63,594 nucleotides of DNA, filler included, from Basidiobolus ranarum (GCA_040143965.1; 47 parts of 47 records of this genome joined end to end with filler, not necessarily neighbours in it); one strand, 5' to 3'; shown: positions 12,251 to 24,465, counted from the first letter of the whole stretch. The notes: generated by a model not told the origin, from the letters alone. Made by a program: numbers and translations.

Positions 12251-13507
12251 GAATTGAGCAAGAATGAAGGTTCTACCTTATTTATGACCTTGCTGGCAGC
12301 CTTTGAAATTCTCCTCTACAAGTACACAGGACAAGATGACATTGCTGTTGGCTCTCCAATTGCGAATCGAAATCGCAAGGAAATTGAAGAACTAATTGGT
12401 TTCTTTGTCAACACCCAAGCAATTCGTGTTAAAATGAATCAGGACCTAACATTTAACGAGCTTCTGGCACGAGTCAAAGATGTTACATTGGGTGCCTATA
12501 GTAATCAAGATATTCCATTTGAACAAATCGTTGCTGAACTTCAACCTGAACGTGATCTTAGTAGAAATCCCTTGGTTCAAGTGATGTTTGCTTTACAAGA
12601 TGCCTCCTTTGAAAACTTCAAGTTCAATGATATTACTGCTACACCTTTTGATACTGGAGAAATAACGACTAGATTTGATCTTGAGGTACATTTCTGGAGA
12701 AATGGTGACGGTTTGAAAGCCGATTTCATCTACAGCACCGATTTGTTCAGCTCGGACACGATATTCAGAATGATTTCGGATTTGCGGAAAATATTGAAAG
12801 CTGCTGTTGACAGCCCCGACCAGACCATAGGAATGTTCCAGCTTGTAGATCACATTGAACGTAAGAATCTACTAGTGACAATGAATATGACTGCTACTGA
12901 CTATCCCCGTTATAAATCGATTGTCGACATTTTCGAGCAACAAGTTCGCAATACACCAGATGCCATCGGTGTAGTCCATAATGATGAACAGCTCACATAC
13001 CGAGAGCTTCACCAGTTATCCAATAGGGTTGCATCACGCCTAGCCAGGCTTGGGGTTGGAATCGAATCATCTGTTGGAATATGCATGGAGCGTTCACCTC
13101 TTATGATAGTAGTTCTGTTAGCCGTGCTCAAAACTGGTGGTGCATATGTTCCACTGGATTCCCAGTATCCTCAGGATAGATTACGCTTCATTCTTGAGGA
13201 TACACAGGCTTTAGTAGTGATATGCCAACAGTCGACCTCGTTAGTGATACCAGTGGGGTCGCACAATATTTTATGTTTGGATGATGATATAGCCAGCATT
13301 ATGCAACTGCCAGAAGACTATGTTCCAAGATGCCCAACATCTTCGAATTTGGCTTACACCATCTATACCTCTGGTTCAACTGGAGTTCCTAAGGGTGTAC
13401 TTGTGGAGCATCGCTCTGTAGTTCGCCTAGTTAAAAACACTGAGTATATTAGTATCCAAAGTAATGACAAGATTGCTCATATTGCCAGTACCTCCTTCGA
13501 TGCTGCC
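12251..13507 (+). CDS. Non-ribosomal peptide synthetase, internal condensation-adenylation fragment
   Basis: Open across the whole contig. C domain: TLFMTLLAAF, GSPIANRN, IGFFVNT, QDIPFEQIV. A domain: LTYREL (A1), LKTGGAYVPLD (A2), LAYTIYTSGSTGVPKG (A3), SFDA (A4). Confidence 0.97.
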
Positions 13508-13607
13508 NNNNNNNNNNNNNNNNNNNNNNNNNNNNNNNNNNNNNNNNNNNNTTAATTAATTAANNNNNNNNNNNNNNNNNNNNNNNNNNNNNNNNNNNNN
13601 NNNNNNN

Positions 13608-14053
13608 CTTGCTATACATTCTGGTAGTTCCCAATGGAGTGCACCTGTGATGAAATGATGCTCCATGTGAAATTGTCAGTATTACCATATGCTAATCTGA
13701 TTAACAATGTATCAGAAATATCAGTGATGGATGTAATGCTATGGGTCAAGGAGACTCCAGAGTATATTAACCTGCCAACAAAGGGCTCTTTTCAATGTGC
13801 TCATGCGCTGTTGCATTGTTTGAGCATAATAACAGCAACAAAACCCAATCCACAGACACAGTGTAAGTACCTCTATAATTGGACTAATTTGCTTGTGTGA
13901 TAATCTGAGGGTACTTTTAGGAAAGCTGCAAGACAGACTTCTTGGTGAGATACATCAAGATATGCAGTATTATTGTTTTAGCCATAGGATAATCTATTCC
14001 AACAACAACACATCTACTTGTAGCAGGACATTTGTTGACTGCAAGTTAGGGAT
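13608..14053 (+). mobile_element. CACTA-like transposase C-terminal fragment
   Basis: CYTFW*FPMECTC...VKLSVLPYANL corresponds to the WxFPxER motif of CACTA transposases. Confidence 0.75.
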
Positions 14054-14865
14054 CCCTAACAGAAATTTGAGGATTGTTATTGTAGGAATACCGTCACAAT
14101 TTTAATCCGTTTGGGATTGACCATTTACTTACCATCATAAAATTGTCAAGTTAAATTTGATTTTAATCAATTTTTTCAGTTTCTGGAGTGAAATTTCAAG
14201 ATCTTGCAAAATTGTTGCACATGATTGGCTACAATCTCAATGAACTATGGATCAACACATGTGCAAAAAATGTAACTCAAATTTTACACAATTACCACTT
14301 GATCCATAATTTGTCACCTGCAAAATCCCTAGTCTCTTTGATATATTCTGCTGAATATTTTTATACAGTTCTTCATACCCAAGGTTTAGCTCATACCCAA
14401 CACAAGTTTGTATCAATATCTCCATCAAAGCCCACCTTTGATTATAGTTGCTGAATCAACATTCTTCCAACTATCTGGCAGATGCCCTGTGATATTCAGC
14501 CACTGTTTATTAAGTTCTTCCAAGATATCAGCATGGTCAACACCTGACTGAATGTCAAGTTGAATGTTCTTCTTCTGAAGCCACTTTCTGCATACTTGCG
14601 CTGTGTTTTTCCCTTCATACTTTTGAAAATACTTCTCAAGCACTTTGACTATTGTTGTACATCTTTGTAGTGTGACACTACTGTGGGTGCTTTGTGGTGT
14701 TTGTGTGGCTTTTTACTTGCCTTTACCTTTGGGGCTAATTTCAACAGTTTGAAAAGTACCAGCTGAGGTTGGAGAGCCGTGAGTTTTATTTGTTACTGTT
14801 TTGGCTTGTTGAGAGGTCCCAGGTGTTGGATAAACTTCCAAATTTAGCACTCCTCCAACTGGTGT
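14054..14865 (-). mobile_element. CACTA-like right end with ORF2 3' half
   Basis: CCCTAACAG terminus at 14054, intact AAT/AACCGTCACAAT motif, ORF 14425-14643. Confidence 0.8.
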
Positions 14866-14965
14866 NNNNNNNNNNNNNNNNNNNNNNNNNNNNNNNNNNN
14901 NNNNNNNNNTTAATTAATTAANNNNNNNNNNNNNNNNNNNNNNNNNNNNNNNNNNNNNNNNNNNN

Positions 14966-15759
14966 GAGCTGATCTGCCATATTTTTTATCTGATTTATAT
15001 GATTAAGCATAGAATCATCAGAATGCATCTGAATTGAGAATAATTTTTGCCTATGATATAGCTTATTAGCCAGACTTTTAGTCTCATATAGTCTCTTGAG
15101 TGTTTTCCATGCATTTCTACACTTTTGGCCAATTGTATGTGCCTGAATTGAGTCTCTGAGATATAGACAAAGTGTAGAAAGTGTTTTCCTCTGCTTCTTT
15201 TGAAAGGCAAGGATAGCTTCTGGTAGTCCCTTTTGCTTAATTTCTTCTTCTGTAACAAATCCCCAAAGGTCCTTCTCTTGTAGCACCATTTGCATCTTGA
15301 ACTTCCAAAGGTAACAGTCTTCACCATCAAACGTTGCTGTGGATGCAAAAACATTGGTAATAATACTGGCAGACATTCTTTTAACAGCTAGTAGGGGCCT
15401 CATAACCTGAGAAAAGTGTTTTGCAGACTTGGAAGTGTTTTGGACAAGGTTGGGATTCGTGAATTAGACACTTAAGTTTGATTGAATTAAATATGTCCTG
15501 TTTATAGCTTACTATGAAATAGGACTATTAGATGTTCTTATATCATAACAAGCATGCCTGTTAAGAATGGGTGAAAATTTAAGGTGGTTTGAAGAAGCTT
15601 TGAGAAAATAGCAAAAACTCATAAAAGAAATCTAATTGATATTTATATCAATTAGAGCAATGAACACATGTTTGTGAGTGGCAGAATTGAGTGCTAAATA
15701 ATCAGAATATGAGCATACTAACTACTAATTAATGAGTTGCTATTTACCCAATTTCAATG
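14966..15759 (-). mobile_element. Copia 5' end: LTR C2, PBS and gag
   Basis: LTR 15408-15759, PBS GGTTATGAGGCCC, gag FDGEDCYLWKFKMQMVLQEKDLW...AWKTLKRLYE. Confidence 0.88.
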
Positions 15760-16014
15760 CAGTCTGGACTGCTGCTATTGGCCTCCCAAAATATCTTCCA
15801 ATTTGGTAAACTGTCTTACTTTTCTCTTTACATGTCTATTGATTTTTCTTGCCACAATGTGCTGAAAGATGGTTTTGAACATTGTAACCTCCATTGACAG
15901 TTGCTGCAAAGTTGCAATGAGCAGTTGTAGATATCTGCTTAAACTTCTTTCACCTCCAAAGCACTGCATTGCTGGCTTCCAGCCCATAGAGGTGAACACA
16001 CAGTTGGATGATAA

Positions 16015-16180
16015 TGTTGAAAGTCTGGTGACTTGTGGTACAAGCAGTAATTCCCAAAGAGGAACATATAGAGTATGGTGACTGCATCTGAACATAAAGT
16101 CCAAGGCCAATCAGTTGCTTGTATAGCTAAAATGCCAAAGTACCATATATTGACAGACTAGGTTAAGGTTCCCTAGCAAT
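16015..16180 (+). repeat. LTR-like repeat family C5
   Basis: TGTTGAAAGTCTGGTGACTTG start; homologous to 5450-5724 and 21551-21652. Confidence 0.7.
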
Positions 16181-16197
16181 ATAGGCATAGCATACAA

Positions 16198-16223
16198 GGA
16201 TTGGTAGCTCAGTGGTTAGAGCA
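16198..16223 (+). tRNA. 5' portion of a tRNA or tRNA-derived sequence (isotype unknown, cut by contig end)
   Basis: GGATTGG-TA-GCTC-AGTGGTTA-GAGC-A gives a 7-nt acceptor strand, U8A9, a perfect D-stem and an A-box. Confidence 0.6.
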
Positions 16224-16323
16224 NNNNNNNNNNNNNNNNNNNNNNNNNNNNNNNNNNNNNNNNNNNNTTAATTAATTAANNNNNNNNNNNNNNNNNNNNN
16301 NNNNNNNNNNNNNNNNNNNNNNN

Positions 16324-17581
16324 ACTACAAGTGCTCAATCTAAGGAGAATAAACTATTATATCATATTCTGGAATCAAGCAGCTATACAAGTAGTGAAAC
16401 ATTTGACAACTCTGGAAATCAGCATGTTCTCTCAACTATTGAAAAATATAGAAATTAGAAAAAGGATATTTTCCAGCCAATCAGGAACTTGAAAGTTGGG
16501 CTCAGAAATATGGTGATAGCTCTCTGACCAATCATATACTTCAGAAATATCCTACTCTCAATATGGCTGATATTGAACACAGTCAATTACTGGAAGTATG
16601 CAATCAATCACCACAAGTATGTAATCAAGCACAAAAGTCAGATAATCAGGTCTCAGAAATTCTACTAAGTGGAAATGGGAAACATCCCACAAGTGATCCA
16701 AGGATTGCTGATCAAATAATTAGATGTGAAAACAGGATTTCTTAATGGAGAAATTGATGAAGATATTGTTGAAATTAACATTGCCTAAACACTTATATAG
16801 TCATATATAGCTTAGTTCTTAGTTATCTTATATTTCTCTAAGATATTATCCATTATTCTCAATTGGAACTTGGAATATTTTAACCAACTTAGAAGTTCTC
16901 AGATATATAGATTTTTCAAACTTGTGCTGGAAGCCCCAAACTTTGCACACATGTTCCTGGGACCTTCCTCCACACATTCTGGATGGTTTTTTGTTGACAT
17001 CTTGACAAAACTATAAATGTCAACTTTCTGCTCAATTAATCAACAAGTGAAAACCACCAATTTCTCTAATTCTCCATACCACTTCCAACAGGCTGCTAAA
17101 TGTTAAAGTATTTAGACTTCTCTGTAATTTACATACTTGGTGTTCTTTTTCTTTAGCAATATATCTCTCTGGTTGATCCATGGATATATCTATTAAAGTA
17201 TTTATATGATGGCATAAGCTGATAATAGAAGTGTTCCATTTGCAGTGATAGAGTATGCCAAGATCAGAATCATGACAGTAAACATAGTAAGCAAATATAT
17301 GGAAAATCCTGCAATTGAACATCACATAGCTATGAAACAGATAATATGCTATCTGAAAGGAACAAGACATCATGGGATTCAGTTTAGTAAGCAGTACAAC
17401 ATATCACTCATTTTGGAAGGATATGCTGATGCAGACTGGGCTAACAACTGTTGGATAATTAATCTTTATTCTGTTGAAATTAGCATTGCCTAAACACCTA
17501 TATAGTCATATATAGCTTAGTACTTAGTTATCTTGTAATTCACTAAGATATTATCAATTATTCTCAATCGGAATTTACTTA
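16324..17581. mobile_element. Mosaic of degenerate Copia pol and C1, C3 and G1 LTR pieces
   Basis: FLNGEIDEDI at about 16738, C1 LTR from 16767, LEGYADADWA at about 17410. Confidence 0.75.
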
Positions 17582-18079
17582 NNNNNNNNNNNNNNNNNNN
17601 NNNNNNNNNNNNNNNNNNNNNNNNNTTAATTAATTAANNNNNNNNNNNNNNNNNNNNNNNNNNNNNNNNNNNNNNNNNNNNTTCAGAAGATGGAAAAGTT
17701 CCTTAAATTTGAGAAGTAGACATTACAGAGAGTGAAAGCTTGGGGCTAATAACCTGTTAAAGTATTTGAGAGCCTATTGGAAGTGGTTAGGAGAATTAGA
17801 GGCATTGGTGGTTTTCACTAGTTGATTTATTGAGTAGAAAGTTGAAATTTATAGTTTTGTCAAGACATAAACAAACTAATGTGTAAAATGTGCTCAGGAA
17901 GGTCCCAGAAACATGTGTGCAAAGTTTGGGGCTTTTAGCACAAGTTTGAAAAATCTATATATCTGAGAACTTTTAAGTTGGTAAAAATTTTCCAAGTAAT
18001 TCCAAATGAGAATAGTCGATAATATCTTAGTGTTATAAGAAAGCTAAGTACTAAGTTATGTATGACTATATAGGCTTTT

Positions 18080-18938
18080 AGGCAATGCTAATCTCAACAG
18101 GTAGAAATGCAACTTTGGTCAAAACAGTAAGTCCAGACAACTTTGAGGACTTGCTGCTAGAGGTTGACCTTGATTATTTCAGTACTGATGGTAGTATATC
18201 AGATGTTGAAGAAGAAGGCAATGGTTTTGTTATGGATTCTTGGTTATTGGCAAGCATTAGTCCACTCATAACACTGACAGTAAAGGAAGCAGCTTTGATT
18301 ATTGAGGAGTGGAGAGTTCAATCCATTCTTAGCAACAAGGTGTTTATTGGTTTTCTTACACTTTTACCGCAGTTGATTGGTAACTGTTGCTTGCCACAGA
18401 CCTGGTACAAGTGGAAACACTTGTCAATTTTACGACTTGTAATCCTTCAGTAACTAAACTACCTTCATGTCCAAATGGTTGTTTGGCTTTCATGAGTGAT
18501 CTGAAGAACCTGTACCCTAACAGAAATTTGAGAATTGTTATTGTAGGAAAACCATCACAGTTTTAATGCATTTGGGGTTGACCATTTGCTTACTGTCATA
18601 AAATCATCAAGTTAGATTTGATTTTAATCAATTTTTCAGTTTCAGGAGTAAAACTTTAAGATCTCACAAAATAGTTGTGTATGATTGGCTACAATCTCAG
18701 AGAACTATGGATCAACACATGTGCAAAAAACGTAAGTCAAATTTTACACCATTACTACTTGAATGCTAGTTTGTCACCTTTGAAATCCCTAGTCTCTTTG
18801 ATATATTCTCCTGAATATTTTTATAGAGTTCTTCATACCCTAGGTTTAGATCATACCCAACATGAGTTTGTGTCAATATCTCCATCAAAGTCCATCATTG
18901 TATAAACAGTGCTGAATCAACATTCTTCCAGCTATCTG
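18080..18938. mobile_element. CACTA transposase N-terminal fragment (+) interrupted by a CACTA right end at 18515
   Basis: ORF 18085-18453 followed by VTKLPSCPNGCLAF; CCCTAACAG at 18515. Confidence 0.78.
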
Positions 18939-19154
18939 NNNNNNNNNNNNNNNNNNNNNNNNNNNNNNNNNNNNNNNNNNNNTTAATTAATTAANNNNNN
19001 NNNNNNNNNNNNNNNNNNNNNNNNNNNNNNNNNNNNNNCAAGATTAGTCCAGGTTTGAATTTATTTGTTTCAACTCATTACATTTCGGTGCATTACTTTG
19101 AATTTAATCCCATTTCTCGAACCTCAATCTACCAATAATATCCATCAGGAAACT

Positions 19155-19784
19155 ATGCATCCCGATTTATTTGAGGTCCGAACTAATCTTTTAGAAAAAT
19201 TCTTTGACAAATATGGCTTTGACGCTAACATTTGTCATGCCCACGATTACGTATTACAAAAATTCGAACACAAACTTAAAGAAAAATTTGGTCAGGACAT
19301 AAAATTTGTCCCACCAAAAGTAGATTACGTTGATGCAATAATTAAACGTAAAACTTATGAAGGACATTACGAACACAGTAATGGCAAAATGGTTTGTAAA
19401 CTCCCTCTCGTCAACAACAAGGGTTATTATATCATTGATGGCATGGAACAAGTCCCTCTAATTCAAGAATAACAAAATATTTCTTTTGCCTATGTTTCCA
19501 AGGATGAAAATGTTGTTTATTGCAAAACTAGGTTCAGGGGATCCTTGCTGCCATTAAGGGTCTGCATCAAAAATTCTGTTGATCTTTATCTAGATGTTTC
19601 ATCAACTCACATAGATATTAATGGATTTAAATGTATGTCTGTTTATTGGGTAATGAGAAACTTAGGTTATGACTTTAGTAAAATATATGAACTTTTTGCT
19701 TTTCTTATTGCCAACAAGTCCCACATAAATATTTTCTCAACTGTATTCTTATCCTCTATGACAAAAATCAGAAAATACTATTAC
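19155..19784 (+). pseudogene. Divergent, compact multisubunit RNA polymerase second-largest-subunit (RPB2/beta-like) N-terminal pseudogene
   Basis: One frame with a single TAA at 19470-19472 (ORFs 19065 and 19545 share a frame). Motifs LLEKFFDKYGF, DAIIKRKTYEG, VCKLPLV, GYYIIDGMEQVPLIQE and SVYWVMRNLG are collinear with RPB2 (FF..GL, EAR.R.LTY, IG..PIM, GYFIINGSEKVLIAQE, IP....RALG). Truncated by a Gypsy LTR. Confidence 0.72.
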
Positions 19785-20295
19785 TGTGATGACTCTGATA
19801 CTGGCATACAGATCCAGTGCAAATAGAACTCTTTTATTATTAGATTACAACATCATATCTGCTGTGCCATTACTTCTTGGCAATCTTGTGTTAGTTCATC
19901 CAGGTTACCTTATATGGAAGTCATGTTTGTTGGAATATTCCATGAAACCTAACCAATCATATCATCCCACACATAGTGTATTTTGAGCAAGACCTTCCAT
20001 AGAAGGTCACCTCATCATCCTTACATAAATCCCTTTTTATATTGTTCCTTGTAGTCCCCAACACCCCAACACTTGAACATGCCACAATATATTCCCTATT
20101 CAGTATATTATGATCATCTTTACATCATCTTTACATCCTCCGTTTTTGTATTGGTCCTTGTAGTCCCCAACACCCCAACACTTGAACTTGCCACAGTATA
20201 TTCCCTATTCAGTATATTATGTTTCACCTTGCAATATCTATATAAGCCCCATGTATTCCTTGATCAGACCTCAGTCTGATCAACGCCAGTTATCA
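19785..20295 (+). mobile_element. Gypsy LTR family G1 (partial, with a small internal duplication)
   Basis: Starts TGTGATGAC; homologous to 25302-25721 (-) and 51545-51942 (-). Confidence 0.85.
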
Positions 20296-21829
20296 NNNNN
20301 NNNNNNNNNNNNNNNNNNNNNNNNNNNNNNNNNNNNNNNTTAATTAATTAANNNNNNNNNNNNNNNNNNNNNNNNNNNNNNNNNNNNNNNNNNNNATATT
20401 GGAAATTTCAAACTCGTCCAAATTGCCCCAAAGATAGCTCATTTTACTCCCACAGATGTTCTGAACACAACCCCAGTGTTAGTTTTCTGTATTTCCACCA
20501 AAAAGCCCTTATTTTCCCAATAGTTCTCAGATATATAGATTTTTCAGACTTGTGCTAGAAGCCCCAAGCTTTGCACACATATTCCTGGAACCTTCCTTAA
20601 CACATTTGACTTGTTTGTTTGTTTACATTTTGACAAAACTATATATGTCAACTTTCTACTCAATAAATCAATAAGTGAAAACCACCAATTCCTCTAAATC
20701 TCCAAACCACTTCCAACAGGCTCCCAAATACTTTAACAGTAACATTAACTAGTGATCTTCTGTTATAACTAAATATCCAGATTCAGTATGCTTTCCTTCT
20801 TTTACAATTTTTTTCAATAAATCTTTACTTCAATGGCCAGTTCTTTTACAGTAATCGCAGAATATGCCACTTTTCTTATTTTAGTGCTTTAGATCTTCAT
20901 AGGAAGGTTTCCCAGAGCCTATGAAGCCATTCTCTTCATTCTTTTGGCTGGATTCTTATTAGTATAGAGCTTTACCCTGAACTCTTGCAAATTCATAACT
21001 TTAGGTCAAATTTTCAGTTCTTGATTCTAGAGCAACTATTAGTCTTGTAAACTTGTGTGGTAGGCTACTCAGGACTATGACTATGATATCCTGATCAGTA
21101 GTAGGTTCTTTGATGCATTCTGTTTCATCTATCAGAATAGTGACTATTAATTAGTGATTAAATATCTTCTCCTGGCTTCTTTTTTAAGTTAAAAATTTGC
21201 CTTCTTAGGGATATCTTGTTAGCAGCAGAAAATGTCTGTTAGATGTCTTCCTATTAAGGTAGCTGGGAGCCTGTTGGTGATGGCTTGACAAAATAAATAA
21301 GCTGGTGATTTTGACTTCTTTATCTAATGAGTAGAAAGTCAGCATTTATGGATTGATCAAAATTTCAAGATACAAACATGTAGGATATGCTATCAAAGCC
21401 CCAGGAATATGTGTGTACAGTTAGAGGCTTCTAGCATAGTTTGAAAAATCCATATATATGAGGAACTCTAAGTTGGTAAAAATATTCCAGGCAAGTGCTG
21501 ATTGAGAATAAAGGGTAATATCTTAGTGAAATATTGAATAGCTAAATACTTGTTGAAAGTCTGGTGACTTGTGGTACAAGCAGTAATTCCTAAAGATGAA
21601 AATATGGAGTATGGTGACTGCATCTGAACACAAAGTCTAAGGCCAATCAGTANNNNNNNNNNNNNNNNNNNNNNNNNNNNNNNNNNNNNNNNNNNNTTAA
21701 TTAATTAANNNNNNNNNNNNNNNNNNNNNNNNNNNNNNNNNNNNNNNNNNNNCTCATCCACTGCAAATGGAACACTTCTACTATTAGATTTTGACAACTC
21801 ATCTGCTGTGCCATCCTTTCTTGGCAATC

Positions 21830-22207
21830 TTATGTGTATATGTAGAGACTAAATACAACAGAATCTTGTATTTTTGGATTCTCATTGTGGCTGGAATACA
21901 ATGCCTAAAATATCTAAATAAAGGCATGCACATCAATTTGAATCCCTATGACAGTAAAGCCAGTAATTTGCCATTTAAAAACTAGTTTTTTGCAAAAGTA
22001 TTTGGAAATTAAATTACACATTGCCAAATATGAGGAACAATATTTTACCACATATGAATACCATCAAAATACAGTTAAGAAGCCAGCATCTCACCATCAA
22101 AATCCAGGCAGAATGCAAGCCACCAATATTGGGATGGTTTGCTGAAGGTTTTGCTATCCAGAAGGGTCAAATTGATATGGATCATATTGATTTGATTTTT
22201 GTTAGGG
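21830..22207 (-). mobile_element. CACTA-like left end (diverged)
   Basis: Reverse complement of 55147-55498 and 57531-57900, ending ...TTTTGTTAGGG at 22207. Confidence 0.7.
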
Positions 22208-22810
22208 AACACAGCTGAAAGTCAAGATGCCATGCAGATGCATTAGTATTATCCCAATACAACACTAAACTCCATGATTTTTACCCTCAAGAACCTAGTC
22301 AGATATCCACATGCTCACTGATATCACTTCACCAAAATGTCAGTCCAACATCAAACTTGAGATTAGCTCTAAGCCTTAGATTATATTGCTAAAGAGATCA
22401 GCTGGAATTAGAGCTTCCCATTAGGTACCATGCACTTACTATTCAACAACATTCCAATAATCCTTACCCAGCTGTATAGTGGGAGATTTGATCTGAACAA
22501 GCCATTTGAGGTAGTATCAAAGTTTGATTTAATTGAGAAAATGCTTGAAAACATCAAGAAACCATCATATTTTACCAGGACTCCCATCAATATCCACCTA
22601 TATAGGCATTTATTTAAATGCAACAACTGGAAGTATTGGATTTGTGTATATTCAAGTGGAATCTTGAAAATATTCCTGCCTGAAAAGTATTGGCAACTTT
22701 GGGAGTTGTTTGTGGATATTGTTAATACATTCTTACTGCAGCAACTCATATTGGCAGATCTCAGGCGGATACAGCAACTGTGCAAGCATTTGGTAATTGG
22801 ATATGAAAAC
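22208..22810 (+). mobile_element. CACTA/EnSpm-type transposase catalytic region
   Basis: MHLLFNNI...KPSYFTRTPINI...FKCNNWKYW...ILKIFLPEKYWQLWELFV, matching the (D)xMH, P-x2-F-x-R-x-P, K-x3-W and LP-x2-Y pattern. Confidence 0.8.
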
Positions 22811-23465
22811 TGCTGGATAATTAATCTTTATTCAACATTGTAGTTAACTTTAGTTATGATACATTTATCAGAAACAGAAAGCAACATATCTATAGCCTCT
22901 ATATTCTAAATAGGAATATCTCTATATCTATATACCAAGAATGTCTTATTACCCCCACTTATCTATTATATCTTATTACACAAACTCCTGAATATCTCAA
23001 ACAATTGATNNNNNNNNNNNNNNNNNNNNNNNNNNNNNNNNNNNNNNNNNNNNTTAATTAATTAANNNNNNNNNNNNNNNNNNNNNNNNNNNNNNNNNNN
23101 NNNNNNNNNCGACAATAGAGGATAAGTAATTACTCTCTAAATTTCACTGATTCTAATTGGAGTTTTTTTTTGTTATCACTTTTTGATTAATTTTGGCAAA
23201 CATTTTCGATGGATGAGGTTAGTTAATTAATTGGTTAAAATTGAGCATAATTTACATGTGTTGAGGGGTAATTTAAACCATTTGTAAGCCATTACATAAG
23301 ACAAACACAAGTATTTAGTTGGTTTCATCTAGTATTTCGGGTAAATAGAGGGAAGAAGTAGGGGAAACAAATAGTGATTCAATACTTGTTGACGGAGAAA
23401 TCTACTCATTCCCTAGTCTAATATAAAAGGAACTCCCACTGGGTTTGTATAGCATTCATGTTTAT

Positions 23466-23765
23466 ATGATGTTGATGCACTCAGTATTAAGTTTTGCACT
23501 ACTTTTAGTAAGCTTTGGTGTTGTTCATGGCTCTGCTATCCCACAAGAACAATCGATTCCATCACGTACTGTTCCATGGAGAGTCACAGCCGATCAAGCG
23601 CCACTAGATTGGGTGGACAACGATGGTGGAAGCAATTGTGATCTAGCTGGAAATAATGAATCACTAGGCGCGACTAGTAAGGATGTATTTGGTAGCAGTG
23701 AGGATATCCCATATGAAGGCTCAGCTGGTAACAATAACAATATCTACGATATCACATATCCTTGA
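23466..23765 (+). CDS. Small secreted protein of unknown function
   Basis: Hydrophobic signal peptide (MMLMHSVLSFALLLVSFGVVHG/SAIP), TATAAAAG about 45 nt upstream, CpG-normal sequence. Confidence 0.65.
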   Translation: MMLMHSVLSFALLLVSFGVVHGSAIPQEQSIPSRTVPWRVTADQAPLDWVDNDGGSNCDLAGNNESLGATSKDVFGSSEDIPYEGSAGNNNNIYDITYP

Positions 23766-24042
23766 AGAATTTCAGTTGTTCCCCCAAAGATTTCCATGAT
23801 TTCCGTTATTGGGACTTATATTTATGATTATACCTTGGTATATATTCTCTTTTGTTGATAGTTTGAGTTATACCAGTATTCACCTGAGCTTCTATATTAC
23901 TATCTTATATTCTCTCTCTCTCTATATATATATAATAAATTACTTTATCCAAGTTTTAGATCATTTATTTACATTCATTGCTTTCTAACGAGTTTACCCA
24001 CCCATCAGTTGAGGTATTAGCATGGTGGACTTGTAGACCTAC

Positions 24043-24365
24043 TTATTCCCCATGTTTCAAGACGCGAACGAATTCTCGATAATTAAAGTTATTGTGATGA
24101 TCTACGAATGGTCCTTTGTACATGATATCCACCTAGAGAGAAGAAAGTTAGTAATTGTAGAGGATTTCAACTAAATTCCAATATTTAATTTACCTCCTCA
24201 TCAGTAAACCGATCTCCTATAGAAGTAAGAAATTCTCTAAGGTCATCGGCATTGATATAACCGGAGTTATTATCATCGAAGCAAGAGAAGGCCATCAATA
24301 TATCATGTTCAGGGTCGGTGCCACTTAATTTCTCTCCCATCAAAGTAAGGAACATGGTAAAATTG
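24043..24365 (-). CDS. Myosin regulatory light chain (EF-hand), last two exons; 61-nt GT-AG intron at 24133-24193
   Basis: [30 protein letters not shown]...DRFTDEE | [29 protein letters not shown]. Confidence 0.92.
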
Positions 24366-24465
24366 NNNNNNNNNNNNNNNNNNNNNNNNNNNNNNNNNNN
24401 NNNNNNNNNTTAATTAATTAANNNNNNNNNNNNNNNNNNNNNNNNNNNNNNNNNNNNNNNNNNNN

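Noticed and set aside
11199-13507. Apparent gene clusters across neighbouring contigs (e.g. NRPS with ABC transporter or globin; secreted protein with uricases)
   Set aside because: Contig order reflects length only; no physical linkage can be inferred.
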